A stretch of 62,774 nt of DNA, from NCBI RefSeq assembly GCF_002113885.1, contig NW_018405634.1, positions 37,134 to 99,907 on the forward strand, given 5' to 3'. Below, in pieces: positions 28,191 to 41,900 of this stretch. The DNA comes from Mizuhopecten yessoensis. Lineage: Eukaryota. Each line of letters starts with the position of its first letter. Within the stretch, counting starts at the first letter, position 1. The notes beneath the pieces are model-generated. The model did not search any database, was not told where the DNA came from, and saw nothing but the letters and a program-made list of their open reading frames with translations. A program made the translations under genes and the position numbers.

Positions 28191-31100
28191 AAAACAGAAA
28201 AGTTGAGTAAAAAAATGTTCACCTGGACAATCTTTTTACCTCCCCTACACTGCAGATAATTTACATGTACCTGTGTGAGTGAGTACTAATCATAAAAAGG
28301 TAAGATTCTCAATAGCCCAGTCTGGGTGTATCCTTCATAATGGATACAAGTGTTTTTGGATCACTATCCAGGTCCAGTGTTAGGGAAGTTAAGGAGTGTC
28401 TGTTCAACAATTAGAACAAAATACGGGAAGCAATGTTGAATTTCTGACTACATTTTCAGTTTAATTTTCAAGATGTGGCAAAGGTACAGGATATTGAAAC
28501 CATTTTCATGCATACAATGTAAGGGTTTAACAATCCATAAGGAATTCCAGTTCTTTCAATGATATTAATTTGAATGTGCAATTTTGTATAAAAGAACAGC
28601 TCCTAAAGATTATAAACTTTTAAAACTTTTCCAGGAAATGCTTATCCTCTCACGTGATTAGGAAATCTTTTTTGTGTTTTTCAATCATGAAATTAACATT
28701 TTTAACTTCATTTTCCCCCTTATTTTAAAATGTGTCAACTAAGTTTATTCTTTCCACTGTATTGACTTCATTGTTACTCACTGATTGATTATCTCCCCTT
28801 TCTTATAGCATTTGTGACCACAGTCCACTGGGCACACACCCTTTCATGGTCATGTAATCATGATTGGCCATGAAAGGGGATTATGTGTGCAGTGGACTGT
28901 GGTAACAAGTGATTTATTGCCCACACTTTTCCATTGTGAGAGGTGGGAAGTATGCAGTAAATTAATTCATGAATGGAATATTTGTAATAATGTCCGTGTT
29001 TATATAATTCACGACGCAAGACGTAATGTCTCATCTTTACGCTCCGCGCGGGATTTATTCGTGCGGGCGCGGCGCTTTGTTTGAACGTATATATGTACAT
29101 GTATTGTGGCGTTTGAAATGTGAGTTGTGGTCAGTGACAGGTAAGACACGTGACGGACTTGACGGACTTTGACGAAGTTATTTGTTTGGTCGAAAGTTTG
29201 TGTCGTTAGTACTCGTGTAGGTTTGTTTAAGCTTTCGGTCACTTTTTGAAATTGATTTGAAAGGAGAACAGGTCGGAAGATTCAGCTTGATATTAATAGG
29301 TCTATTTTCGTTAAGTTGAAATGTTAGATGTTATTCTTATATCAATGAATAATTCCTTGTTGGAAAATGTAATAAATAAGTACCAGAAAGAGTTGTAATT
29401 TTATTATCTTAGTACTGGTCATTGAATTGTTGAGATTTGTAGATTGTATTTTACCCGAAGGTGACATATAATTATGCATGTAGAGCTTATACTATTTTTA
29501 TTGTGTATTTCAGAATGTTTCTATTTATAAGCATTAAAATGCGATAGAACCGAACCCAGCGGCTTTGTCTTATTTTCGACAACTTCCCACCCGCTACAGT
29601 TATGCAATTTTTCAAAGGCATCAAATTTGCCTGCTTATACAACAGTAACAGTGCCTGAAATATGACTTTAATTGGTATGTAACACGTACGGGTTTTATTG
29701 GCGAGTTGTCGGAGTAGCCTAATCTCACAGTGGAAGGCTTCAGTAATAACATAACATATCAGCTTCCTTTCGAGAAACACTTTGACAGCCCCATGAGAGT
29801 GCGCATGCGTTAAAGATCATTACCGGTAGAAGATGTAGCAATAACGTCATTCGCAGATTATTTTGCCATGAACTATGTGAACTAAAAGAGAAAGGCACTG
29901 TTCGAAAGTTCGTGCTGTCGGGTCAGTAATTGTCTCTTGGATATATTAAGAGTGTAAGTGATTAGACTCGGGGTCATAACATATTTTATTTAATCACAGA
30001 CAAAAACTAAACAAAAAGACTTCGAGACATTTTTACGTCAAAACCTTTCAAGTATTTCTTTGTGATTAAATCACATTCACTAAAGCCAGGCAGTACCAGA
30101 TCCTGTATTTAATACAATGATAAGCCGAAACTCATCGGTTGCTATCTACAAATCAAACTCACGTATTAAAAACAAAGACTGGTTGCAAACATTTTAGCGT
30201 GATTTTACACTATGTTAACGTGACGTCCTATTCTGTGGTCGACATCGTTCTGTCCGCGATTATTGATCAGGTTTAAGTTTTCGGGATACAAATTGAACAC
30301 TTTAATAAGGGGTGATGACTAGTTTTGTATTGTAGAATACATCTGATACATAAAAAGGACATTTGTATGTAGGAAATAAAAGCAATACCACCCATGAGTT
30401 TATCTGACGTCACAGACTGCGTCAGAAGAACACTTGTGGTCACGGTATTGCCAACGTATAACGTCTTATTTGTTCGGCTAATAAACTTATATAAATCATC
30501 CAAAACTCCATGAATAGGAATCAAAACAGCCTCAAAAATGATGGCAGCCATATAGTAAATGAATGGGAGCATTGCGGTCCCCTCGTTTTCACCACACGTC
30601 GTTTCAAAATACTTAAAATAATAATTACTTTGAATTGAATGATAAAAAAATAGGATTTCAGTAGTTATGCAACAATTAAATTATCTAGCTGGTGATCTTG
30701 TGTCATCCATTTAAAATACTTTATAAGTTGACTAGTGTCTCACGTTGTTGTTGGCGCGAGTCCCCCGTAAATAATTCGCATAAATTTATCTTACATACTT
30801 AATAGTTGACTGAAAAGGACACATTCTTTTTTGACAATATTTTAGACCTCTTTTTGAGGACTTGCATGATAACTATGACCTCAATGTCAAATAATTTTAG
30901 TTCGTGGAGAGTTTTTCAAAGATTGATAGAGAATGACGCAAGGGACCCTAGGAACGGTTATTGGCGGATGTGGCACATACGGCCACTGTTGAGAGCTGAA
31001 AAACAATTTATCATTAATCAAATATTGCAAAAAAAATGACAATGGAACAAAATAGTACAGAGCAATTACCTGAGTAATCGTTTTTTATTAGATTAAATAA

Positions 31101-31942
31101 ATAGATGGACATATAAATAAACAAATGCTTGTGTTTGTATATATCAGCTATGAGACAAACATCCGGGCTGTTCCCTATATGTCCGTCAATCTGTAATCTT
31201 TTTGTACAGATTCTACTCCGACACCAGAAGCCGTCAATAAGCCGGCCAACTGTTGTTGTACCCAAGACGACCCTAGACAGTACTGACTGTTAGTTCTAAG
31301 CCAGCCAATATATCAGCTTGATTTACCTGCAACTACAAGTATATAGACTGAAGCCGGAGACAACAACTTCAGCGTTTATAGACATCAATTATCATGACTC
31401 TACCGGCAAATCTGTATGATTTTGTACATGAGGAACGTATAAACTATGTAACTAGAACTCAACGAAACGGGTATGGGCAATGTAAAATGTATCATATACA
31501 GTTAGTGTCCACAGGGTCTATTGTCACTGAAGTAGTATTAGGCCAGTTAAAGGTCCAAGCAATGTATGGTTTTTAGTTAATACCCAATAGGTCAAGTGAT
31601 TTATCCATAAACATTGGGTAAACTAGTGTTGAACCACGAACAGGCTAGCTCTAGGTCCCGACCAGGTGTAATGTATAGTTAGAGCCGGTATCCATTGGAT
31701 CTTGCTGTTAAACTGTTAAGGCAATTTCTAGATCAAGGCCTTGTCGGAAGCCATACATTCTATGCCTAACAGGTCTTGTGATTGAACAGCAATATGTCGA
31801 TTCAGCCAATTAATCAGTAAATATTAGAGAAACAAAATGCATTTTAATGTCACCATTACTTGTATAGAGTAGATAAAGGACATTTCAAAGGCACGGCCAT
31901 GAAAACGTTCATGCAATATATTCAGCAGTTTTCCACTCTGGT

Positions 31943-32269
31943 CATCCTTGATACTCCAGGGGTTACACTCACTTTCGCTCTCTGCACCTCTGGAATATAT
32001 CGTAGCAAAATTGAAGGAACAAGAAGACTAGTTCGACCCTTTGATGTACATAAAAAGATTCTCGCGGTCACGTAACTGTAAAACTTGATTGACGTTGAAG
32101 ACGTGTTTCTCCTTTGCCATCTTCATTGGACAGGTATCAGCCTAGCAAATGGTCAGGTATTTTTTTTACCCGAGACCAATCAAACAGCTGTCTTTGTGCC
32201 TTCAATTTTGCTATGACATATTCCAGGGGTGCAGAGAGCGAAAGAGAGCGTAATCAAGTATCAAGGATG
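31943..32269. mobile_element. MITE with ~80-bp imperfect TIRs; related fragment at ~16875-16960
   Basis: CATCCTTGATAC..TTTCGCTCTCTGCACC..AGCAAAATTGAAGG is mirrored at 32191-32269. Confidence 0.75.
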
Positions 32270-32577
32270 CAATCTGGTTGGCAGTCATGTTACTTATACG
32301 GTACCATACAAACATATTCACCAAGGTTTACAAACAGTATAAGGCTCTTTATCTTCAGTACATATACTTCTAAAATGAAAGTAAAAACAATGGATAATAT
32401 TAAAATTACATCACACACATTTTGCCACAGAGGCAATCAATCTATCAAAAGTATAATTCAATCAACTTTAATTGCAGTTATCACTTATACCATTGTCATT
32501 GCTTTGAAGGAATTTTGCTGTTTAGTAGCTGCAAGCATGGCATTTTCCATTGTCGCATTCATGCTATATAACTAAGT

Positions 32578-32583
32578 TTTATT
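32578..32583 (-). terminator. Probable polyadenylation signal of the EFCAB12-like gene
   Basis: AATAAA on the minus strand about 90 nt downstream of the stop codon. Confidence 0.5.
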
Positions 32584-32671
32584 GATGACATGTCATATTT
32601 TTGCACAAAGGTATCAAAATACGGAAATTTGCATACTAAAATGAGTATGATATATCACTTGTTACTTCATA

Positions 32672-32945
32672 TCACAGATAACTGTATTTGCGGGCGAATG
32701 GGTCATGAATGCCCGATTGTACATAACCATTATCATTAATTGGCCATGCACTATTCTCCCGCTGTAGTCCTGGGTACACGCTGGGTTCTCCCTTTACGTG
32801 GGAGAATACACTGTGTGTGCCGTCTGCTATTTCTGGCTCGTTGTACGGCGGCATGCAGAGCCGTACCCTGTCCATGAGGTGACCAGGCCAAAATGCATTC
32901 TGATTCGTTGTACCATGTAACTGCTGGTATCTAATGGCCAAGTGA
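32672..32945 (-). CDS. EFCAB12: EFCAB12-like last coding exon (HLAIRY...NAFWPGHLMDR...RKYSYL*)
   Basis: Acceptor tttctttgcag|T (phase 2). FWPGHL motif. TGA at 32674-32672. Confidence 0.9.
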
Positions 32946-35900
32946 CTGCAAAGAAACAATCAATAATCCCATTTAAACACTTACACGAGATAAACAACCA
33001 ACCGTTCTAGTCTTTATACAAGTGCAGAAACATAAATCGGAGTTTAAACAAACAAACAATTAAGAATTCCGGCAAGTACAAAAACAACCAATTATTGTCT
33101 ACAGACAAGTACACAGACAACCAATTATTGTCTACAGACAAGTACACAGACAACCAATTATTGTCTACAGACAAGTACACAAACAACCAATCATTGTCTA
33201 CAGACAAGTACAGAGACAACCAATTATTGTATACAGACAAGTACACAGACAACCAATTATTGTCTACAGACAAGTACACAGACAACCAATTATTGTCTAC
33301 AGACAAGTACACAGACAACCAATTATTGTCTACAGACAAGTACACANNNNNNNNNNNNNNNNNNNNNNNNNNNNNNNNNNNNNNNNNNNNNNNNNNNNNN
33401 NNNNNNNNNNNNNNNNNNNNNNNNNNNNNNNNNNNNNNNNNNNNNNNNNNNNNNNNNNNNNNNNNNNNNNNNNNNNNNNNNNNNNNNNNNNNNNNNNNNN
33501 NNNNNNNNNNNNNNNNNNNNNNNNNNNNNNNNNNNNNNNNNNNNNNNNNNNNNNNNNNNNNNNNNNNNNNNNNNNNNNNNNNNNNNNNNNNNNNNNNNNN
33601 NNNNNNNNNNNNNNNNNNNNNNNNNNNNNNNNNNNNNNNNNNNNNNNNNNNNNNNNNNNNNNNNNNNNNNNNNNNNNNNNNNNNNNNNNNNNNNNNNNNN
33701 NNNNNNNNNNNNNNNNNNNNNNNNNNNNNNNNNNNNNNNNNNNNNNNNNNNNNNNNNNNNNNNNNNNNNNNNNNNNNNNNNNNNNNNNNNNNNNNNNNNN
33801 NNNNNNNNNNNNNNNNNNNNNNNNNNNNNNNNNNNNNNNNNNNNNNNNNNNNNNNNNNNNNNNNNNNNNATTGTCTACAGACAAGTACACAAACAACCAA
33901 TTATTGTCTACAGACAAGTACACAGAAAACCATTAATTGTCTACAGACAAGTACACAAACAACCAATTAATGTCTACAGACAAGTACACAAACAACCAAT
34001 TATTGTCTATAGACAAGTACACAGACAACCAATTATTGTCTGCAGACAAGTACACAGACAACCAATTATTCTCTCCAGACTAGTACACAGACAACCAATT
34101 ATTGTCTACAGACAAGTACACAAACAACCAATTATTGTCTACAGACAAGTACACAGACAACCAGTTATTGTCTACAGACAAGTACACAGACAACCTATTA
34201 TTGTCTACAGACAAGTACACAAGCAACCAATTATTGTCTACAGACAAGTACACAGATAACCAATTATTGTCTGCACACAAGTACACAGACACCCAATTAT
34301 TCTCTCCAGACAAGTACACAGACAACCAACTATTGTCTACAGACAAGTACACAAACAAACAATTATTGTCTACAGACAAGTACACAGACTAACAATTATT
34401 GTCTACAGACAAGTACACAGATAACCAATTATTGTCTGCACACAAGTACACAGACACCCAATTATTCTCTCCAGACAAGTACACAGACAACCAACTATTG
34501 TCTACAGACAAGTACACAGACAACCTATTATTGTCTACAGACAAGTACACAAGCAACCAATTATTGTCTACAGACAAGTACACAGACTAACAATTATTGT
34601 CTACAGACAAGTACACAGACAAACAATGATTGTCTACAGACAAGTACACAGACAACCAATGATTGTCTACAGACAAGTACACAGACAACCAGTTATTGTC
34701 TACAGACAAGTACACAGACAACCAATTATTGTCTGCACACAAGTACACAGACAACCAATTATTCTCTCCAGACAAGTACACAGACAACCAATTATTGTCT
34801 ACAGACAAGTACACAAGCAACCAATTATTGTCTACAGACAAGTACACAGACAACCAGTTATTGTCTACAGACAAGTACACAGACAAACAATTATTGTCTA
34901 CAGACAAGTACACAAACAACCAATTATTGTCTACAGACAAGTACACAAGTACACAAACTTACAAACATGTATCATAGGTAACATATAAATATACAAATAA
35001 CCAATCAGAATTTACAGACAAATATTACAACTACAAGAGGATACCAAAGTATCAACCAAACCCGAAATTCGAACACAAAAACCGGGTATTTAGCTTACAC
35101 TTGTAATCTTAAAAGTGGACTACAATACAGCTAAAGGCAAAATATCAGTGTTTGATTCAAACGAATCTGGGCATTTCGGTTATTCAGAAAAAGTTGTTTA
35201 AGTTTTAAACATATTTGACCCCTGTGATCTTGAATACCAGTGAAGGTCATTTATTTGAACAGACTTGGTAGCCCTTCATCCCAGCATGCTACTGGCCAAA
35301 TATCATCACTCTGGGCATTTTGGTTATTCAGGAGAAGCTGATTAAAGTTTTTAACATACATGTATTTGTCTCCTGTGACCTGGAATATAGGTGAAGGTCA
35401 TTTATTTTAATAAACTTGCTAGCCCTTCATCCCAGTTTGCTTCTGGCCAAATATCATCACCCTAGGCCTTGCGGTTATTAAGAAGAAGTTGTTTAAAATA
35501 AAATATTGACGCCGGACGCCGGACGCCGGACGCCGGACGCCGGACGGACGACGGACGACGCACCACGGCATAAGCTCACTTCGCCCTTCGGGCTAGGTGA
35601 GTTAAAAACGTAGGAAGGAGAATTAGGCCAGATATCCTGGAAGGATAAAGTCTTCAGCTTTATCGTTGACAATCGCCAACGAAACAACAGCACACACTAA
35701 TGAGCATAATTCAACTTCGACCTCAAAATGTCACAAGGAAGTAGCTTATTTCCAAGACCTCAAAATGTCACAAGGAAGTAGCTTATTTCCAAGACCACAA
35801 GATGTCACAAGGATGTAGCTTATTTCCCAAGACCTCAAAATGTCACAAGGAAGTAGCTTATTTCCAAGACCTCAAGATGTCACAAGGAAGTAGCTTATTT

Positions 35901-38900
35901 CCAAGACCTCAAAATGTCACAAGGAAGTAGCTTATTTCCCAAGACATCAAAATGTCACAAGGAAGTAGCTTATTTCCCCAAAACATCAAGATGTCAACCA
36001 TAGAACTTGTTCATAATCTTTATCCCTAACATCTTGTAAGTTTGGCCGTCAGCAGTCGACATCTATCACGGAAATCATGATATTCGGAGCAAGCTCGTGA
36101 ATACCGAATCAAATTCCACATGTAAATAGCATAGGTTGGAGAAGGAGGAATGTTGTGATCAAGAAAGGGAAATTCATGATAGGGATCCGAAATTTGGCCT
36201 TGATAGAGGAGTCAGTAGTGTCCTTGAGAGTTCAAGCTCAGATGGGTATATATGATGGATGTGGTCAATAAATTTATAGTTGTTAAGAGTGAGTAAAGAA
36301 TAATAACAGTGCGGTAAGTACAATTGTAAATTCCCCATTTTGAAATGGAAATGAAATATGACCAGTCTGAAACATCAAACAAATCAATCAAATCACCCGT
36401 TTTAGCGGCTGACTTGATATATCATGTTCGTTGACTGTAAGAATGATCCTATTTTTTATGATTGACTTATCAACCAACGTTGTGTACCGTACGTCTAAGG
36501 TCTTTATACAATACTGCAGTTCCATGTCTACCGATGCACGTGACATCCTCCGTTTCGATCTCACAATATCAATAGGTTCGACAGCTATATATCATACGAT
36601 ATACAAGGACAGTATATCAACAACAATTCACATCTGTCGTGTGCTTGTATTTCTTGGGGAATCTATGCATGTAGTTTTTGACCAGACAATACAACTTAAA
36701 GTAGTAGCCTTGTTATACAGTCAGAACGATCTGAAGAATTCTAACATATAAAAATCTTCTGACATGTTTATGACGTAAACTAGACCCCTGATCAGTCGGG
36801 AAGAACCCCGCGAAGAACATGTCGTAAACTATCACCACATGAAAAAATTACGTGTCAGAAGACGGGAAGATGAGGTGGAAACAAGACATTAAACCAGCGT
36901 ACTAATCATTGATATCTATATCTATATATATATATATTGGTATGTTTTAAAGAAAAACATGTTCTTGAAGTAAAGTAACAAAATCTACTTTACTTTAATA
37001 ATGTTAACATACAGTTTAATGTTGGTAAAAATCAAATTTTAAATGACTGAATCATTCAAATACTTGTCTACTGTAAAGTTCTGTTTTTTCACGGTCCCTC
37101 TTTTTTGCATATTCGCTAAAATAGCCAATTTTGTTGTATTAGTAATTCGCGAATTTCAAGTCCATAGGCACACTGTGCTGAGGTAAAAATGGATTATTTT
37201 CGTTCGAATTTCGCCAGATATCAGTTTCATAGCAGAAAAATGATCAGGGGAAAAACCGTGCAGGTTAGAACCCCGCGAAAAATACAGCATTTACAGTATA
37301 GAAATATCAGCGTACAGTGGATTCTTAGGCCTGCAATAAAAGTATTGAATTATAATTCAAATTTGACCAAAAAAATATATATTTCTCTACAATTTATGAT
37401 GATCAATAGCAACGTATTGTGTCAATTAAAAAACAGACGGAAAAACAGACAAGAAGATTACTAAAAGACACGTGATATTCTCCTACTGCAATACGTATAC
37501 CCTAATGAAGCTTTTTACCAGCGACTGTATAAAAAAAAAAAAAAAAAAAAAAAAAAATAACCCGATCACCATACAGAGCTACAGTCTAAACCAACACCTG
37601 AAATAACCGTTTATATAAATTATACCAAATACACATATATCTAACTGCTTCACGCAAATAGTTTCCTACACATTATTGAGCAGAAGTTTTCATATACCAA
37701 ATTCCAGTCTGACTGAGTCAATGAATAGTTCTTTCAGAAATATTTGCTGAAAACCATCAAAGTGTGTTAAAGTTGTTGTGAGGGTTGAAAATACCTGCTA
37801 GAACTGGAGTAAAGACACTTAGTGTGAGCAGTATGACTATAGATCGCAAAGATAATTTTGTTGTACTAAAATAAAACGCTTTTTGAACATCAAAAACTAA
37901 CGATGCATATTAATGTAGAAAGGTGCGCATCAGAATCTTCCCAGTGACATTTATTACTGGGGTAAATCTCATTTAAAGGTGATGACGGCAGGGACATTTA
38001 TGAATGGAGTAAATCTAGTTTACAGGTGATGACAGCAGGGACATTTATCACTAGGGTAAATCTTGTGTACAGGGAATGACAGCTGGGACATTTATGACTG
38101 GGGTAAATCTAGTTTACAGGTGATGACAGAAGGGACATTTATCACTGGGGTAAATCTAGTTTACAGGTGATGACAGAAGGGACATTAATCACTGTGGTAA
38201 ATCTAGTTTACATGTGATGACAGAAGGGACATTTATCACTGGGGTAAATCTAGTTTACAGGTGATGACAGAAGGGACATTTATCACTGGGATAAATCTAG
38301 TTTACAGGTGATGACAGAAGGGACATTTATCACTGGGAAAAATCTAGTTTACAGGTGATGACAGCAGGGACATTTATTGCTTGGGTACATCTAGTTTACA
38401 GGTGTTGACAGAAGGGACATTAATCACTGGGGTAAATCTAGTTAACAGGTGATGACAGAAGGGACATTTATCACTGGGGTAAATCTAGTTTAAAGGGGAT
38501 GATAGGAGGGACATTTATCACTGGGGTAAATCTAGTTTACAGGTGATGACAGAAGGGACATTTATCACTGGTGTAAAACTAAACTACAGGTGATGACAGA
38601 AGGGACATTTATCACTGGGGTAAATCTAGTTTACAGGTGATGACAGAAGGGACATTTATCATAGGGGTAAATCTTGTGTACAGGGAATGACAGCGGGGAC
38701 ATTTATCACTGAGGTAAATCTAGTTTACAGGTGATGACAGCAGGGACATTTATCACTGAGGTAAATCTAGTTTACAGGTGATGACAGCAGGGACATTTAT
38801 CACTGAGGTACATCTAGTTTACAGGGGATGACAGCAGGGACATTTATCACTGGGGAAAATCTAGTTAACAGGTGATGATAGGAGGGACATTTATCACTGG

Positions 38901-41900
38901 GGTAAATCTAGTTTACAGGTGATGACAGCAGGGACATTTATCACTTGGGTAAATCTCGTTCACATGTGATGATAGCGAGGACATTTATCACTGGAATGGA
39001 ATGAAAGAACAGCTGGAGTCTGGAAGACAAGGCGAGAGGATTTTACGAAAAAGGAAAAGAATGAGGCATGAGTTTCAAGGAAAGTTGGGATGAAGTAGGA
39101 AAAGACAACAGTAGGAGTAAGGGATGGGAAAATTGGATGAGGAGGGGAGGAAAGGTAGGAAAGGAGGGAGAATCTGGAGACAGGGGAAATGAGGAATTCA
39201 TAGTGATCAAAGGAAAGGATGTGAAAGAAAGAAAGGAACGAGACTGGAAGGTCAGAAGATAGACTTTCTATGAGAAAATTTGCAGATTGAAAAATAATGA
39301 GGCAAGAAGGCTAGGGGACATTCAGAGGGAAAATGATTATGAGATGCCTGAGGCAGAGAGTTAGAAGAAAAGACAGAAAGATTAGTGAAAGGTCAGAGGA
39401 GAATGTCAATAGGCAGTGGGGGCAGAAGAGGAAATACAGAGAGAGAATGGTTGGGGAATTTCAGAGGAGGGAGGGTCAGAGGCACAAGAGATAAAGGAAA
39501 GTTAGAATTAAAAGGGTTATGGGAAATTTAAGGATAGAAGGGTTCGGAGTTGAAAACAGGAGGGTTTGGGGAAGGTAAGAAGCAGGAGGATAAAGAAAAA
39601 TAAATAAGAAGCTGGAGGGTTAGGGGAAGGTCAGAAGCAGGAAGATTAAGAAAAAGAAAAAAAAAGAAGCTGGGGAAAATAATTATATGTATGGGTGTGT
39701 GAAAAAGGAGGGTGAATAATGGGTAATGATGTGAGGAGGTTAATAAAAGGGTTATTGGAAATGCAGTAGTACGAAGTGACAGGGATATAACAATAAGGAC
39801 AATGAGGGAGGTGAAAGAAGGTTAGGGGAATGGGAAGGATTAGGGGTAAGGATAGGGTGAGGGATAAAGGGGGTAAGGGTAGGAGGAAAGGAGGTGCAAG
39901 TGGGGAAGCCAAGTATTTACAAACACAAAATAAGACAGCAAGTGAGAATTATATGGAAACAGAAGTGCATAAATTTAAAAAATCCTTGTAATACCAATTT
40001 AAAAAAATAATATTGACAATGATTCTTACCAGAACGGTGTAGAAACAATGGGTCACTTTATTTACAGCAGACAAAAGTGATTAAATTACAAGGACACAAA
40101 CCTCTCTTTTAACAAAACTAACGTTTCAACAGCAAAATCTAAAGGCAGATATGGGAGAAAATTCTGAAATCCATCATGGACTCAAGATCTTTTCTGTGAA
40201 AAAGATCCAAAACTTGAAAAGATAACAACATAGGTACATTTGACAAAAACCCATATTGTTGATACTTCTTTTTCTTGGAGACAGTGTTATCCTATCTGGT
40301 TTCTTGTTGCTTTCCCAGTTAAAGGAAATTTGCCAAACTCTGTTTAATCTTTGGAGCTAAACTTGTAATAATTATATTCTTGAGGTCAAGATGTACCACA
40401 ATCATTTCAGTTTACTCCAGATTATCCTTGAGATCTAGATTTGATACAAGTCTTAACATTCCTTTACATCATTGTACAAAGTATTAGTTACAAGAATCAA
40501 TCAATCATTAACTTGTGAATGGAAAGGGCTTACAAAAGTCTTCTCATTTTGTACATTTACTTGTAACAATAAACTAGATTTGAAAAAAGATGAAATTACC
40601 TTGTGAGTTTGTCATACTCCTCAAATGTCATCCAGCAGTCAACACGCCGCCTGATGACTGCTTTGCCTGTAGACAGGTTCTCCTTGGTACCAGTGGCCGC
40701 CACAGACGAACGCTGGGGATACTTGTGACGGCTGTCAATGAGCAGTTTACCGCTACGTGACCTACGAACTTTATCCTTGTGCTTGACCTCTATTGGCGTT
40801 CGGGGTCGCTTTGGAGGGTCTGCGTGGTGACTAGACAAAAGAGGTGCACCAGGCGTCTTGACACGTCTCTCTATGGAAACTCTAGGGTGGTCAGGAGGGT
40901 GAAGCAGCACTGGAAAGGAATAAGACACATGTAGCTATACAACACTGTGTCATATCTTACACCTAATTAGGAACGGATATATTTCAAATTAACTCTCAGT
41001 ACATTTACACTTCTTTCTACATTTCGACTCTAATCAACTAAATTATGTAAATAACTAATAATTATCTCTGTCCCACTGCATGCAAAACACAAGAAATATA
41101 TGCTGCAGATTTTCATACATAGTCTCTCTCCTCCCCTTAATTTTGTTTTGGATATAGCTGTAGCAAAATTGAGCCAGAGCCCAGTTCATTAGAGCAACAG
41201 TATTACAACCTAAGGTCCAGGGTTTGGATCCCAGTCGAGGTCTGCATAACTTCTACACTCAAAACACTGCTGTTGATTATATTTTGTTCATTTGATCTTT
41301 ATTATTTTTCAAAAAATCCCTCAGGATAAGGTTTTCTTTTCAAACATGATCTATCAAAACAAGTTTCTAATGTATTATGTTACAGATTTTGGTAGTGGTA
41401 AATTTAGACTTTAATCCTTTCACCACTGCAAACCATAAAGGATTCATCCAGATTAATGTATGGTAGATTATACTAAAGTTACATACAGTAGGGGTGAAAG
41501 GGTTAAGTACATACCACTTTCCAGCAGGGGTTTACTGAGGGTGATGTCCCCCTCCTGTATATTATTTAAGTACATACCTCTCTCTAGCAGGGCTTTACTG
41601 AGGGAGATGTCCCCTTCTGTATATTATTGAAGTACATACCTCTCTCTAGCAGGGCTTTACTGAGGATGATGTCCCCTCCTGTATATTATTGAAGTACATG
41701 TACCTCTCTCTAGCAGGGCTTTACTGAGGGTGATGTCCCCCTCCTGTATATTATTTAAGTACAGACCTCTCTCTAGCAGGGCTTTACTGAGGGTGATGTC
41801 CCCCTCCTGAATATAATTTAAGTACATACCTCTCTCTAGCAGGGCTTTACTGAGTGTGATGTCCCCTCCTGTATATTATTGAAGTACATGTACCTCTCTC

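Noticed and set aside
33007-34988. STDKYTDNQLL and related ORFs
   Set aside because: An intronic 33-bp repeat, partly spanning an N-gap.
39068-39912. ORFs in the purine-rich tract
   Set aside because: Compositional artefacts with no recognisable domain or splice context.
41175-41250. Possible tRNA-derived SINE head
   Set aside because: Only a degenerate B-box-like GGTTTGGATCCC is visible, which is too weak to call.
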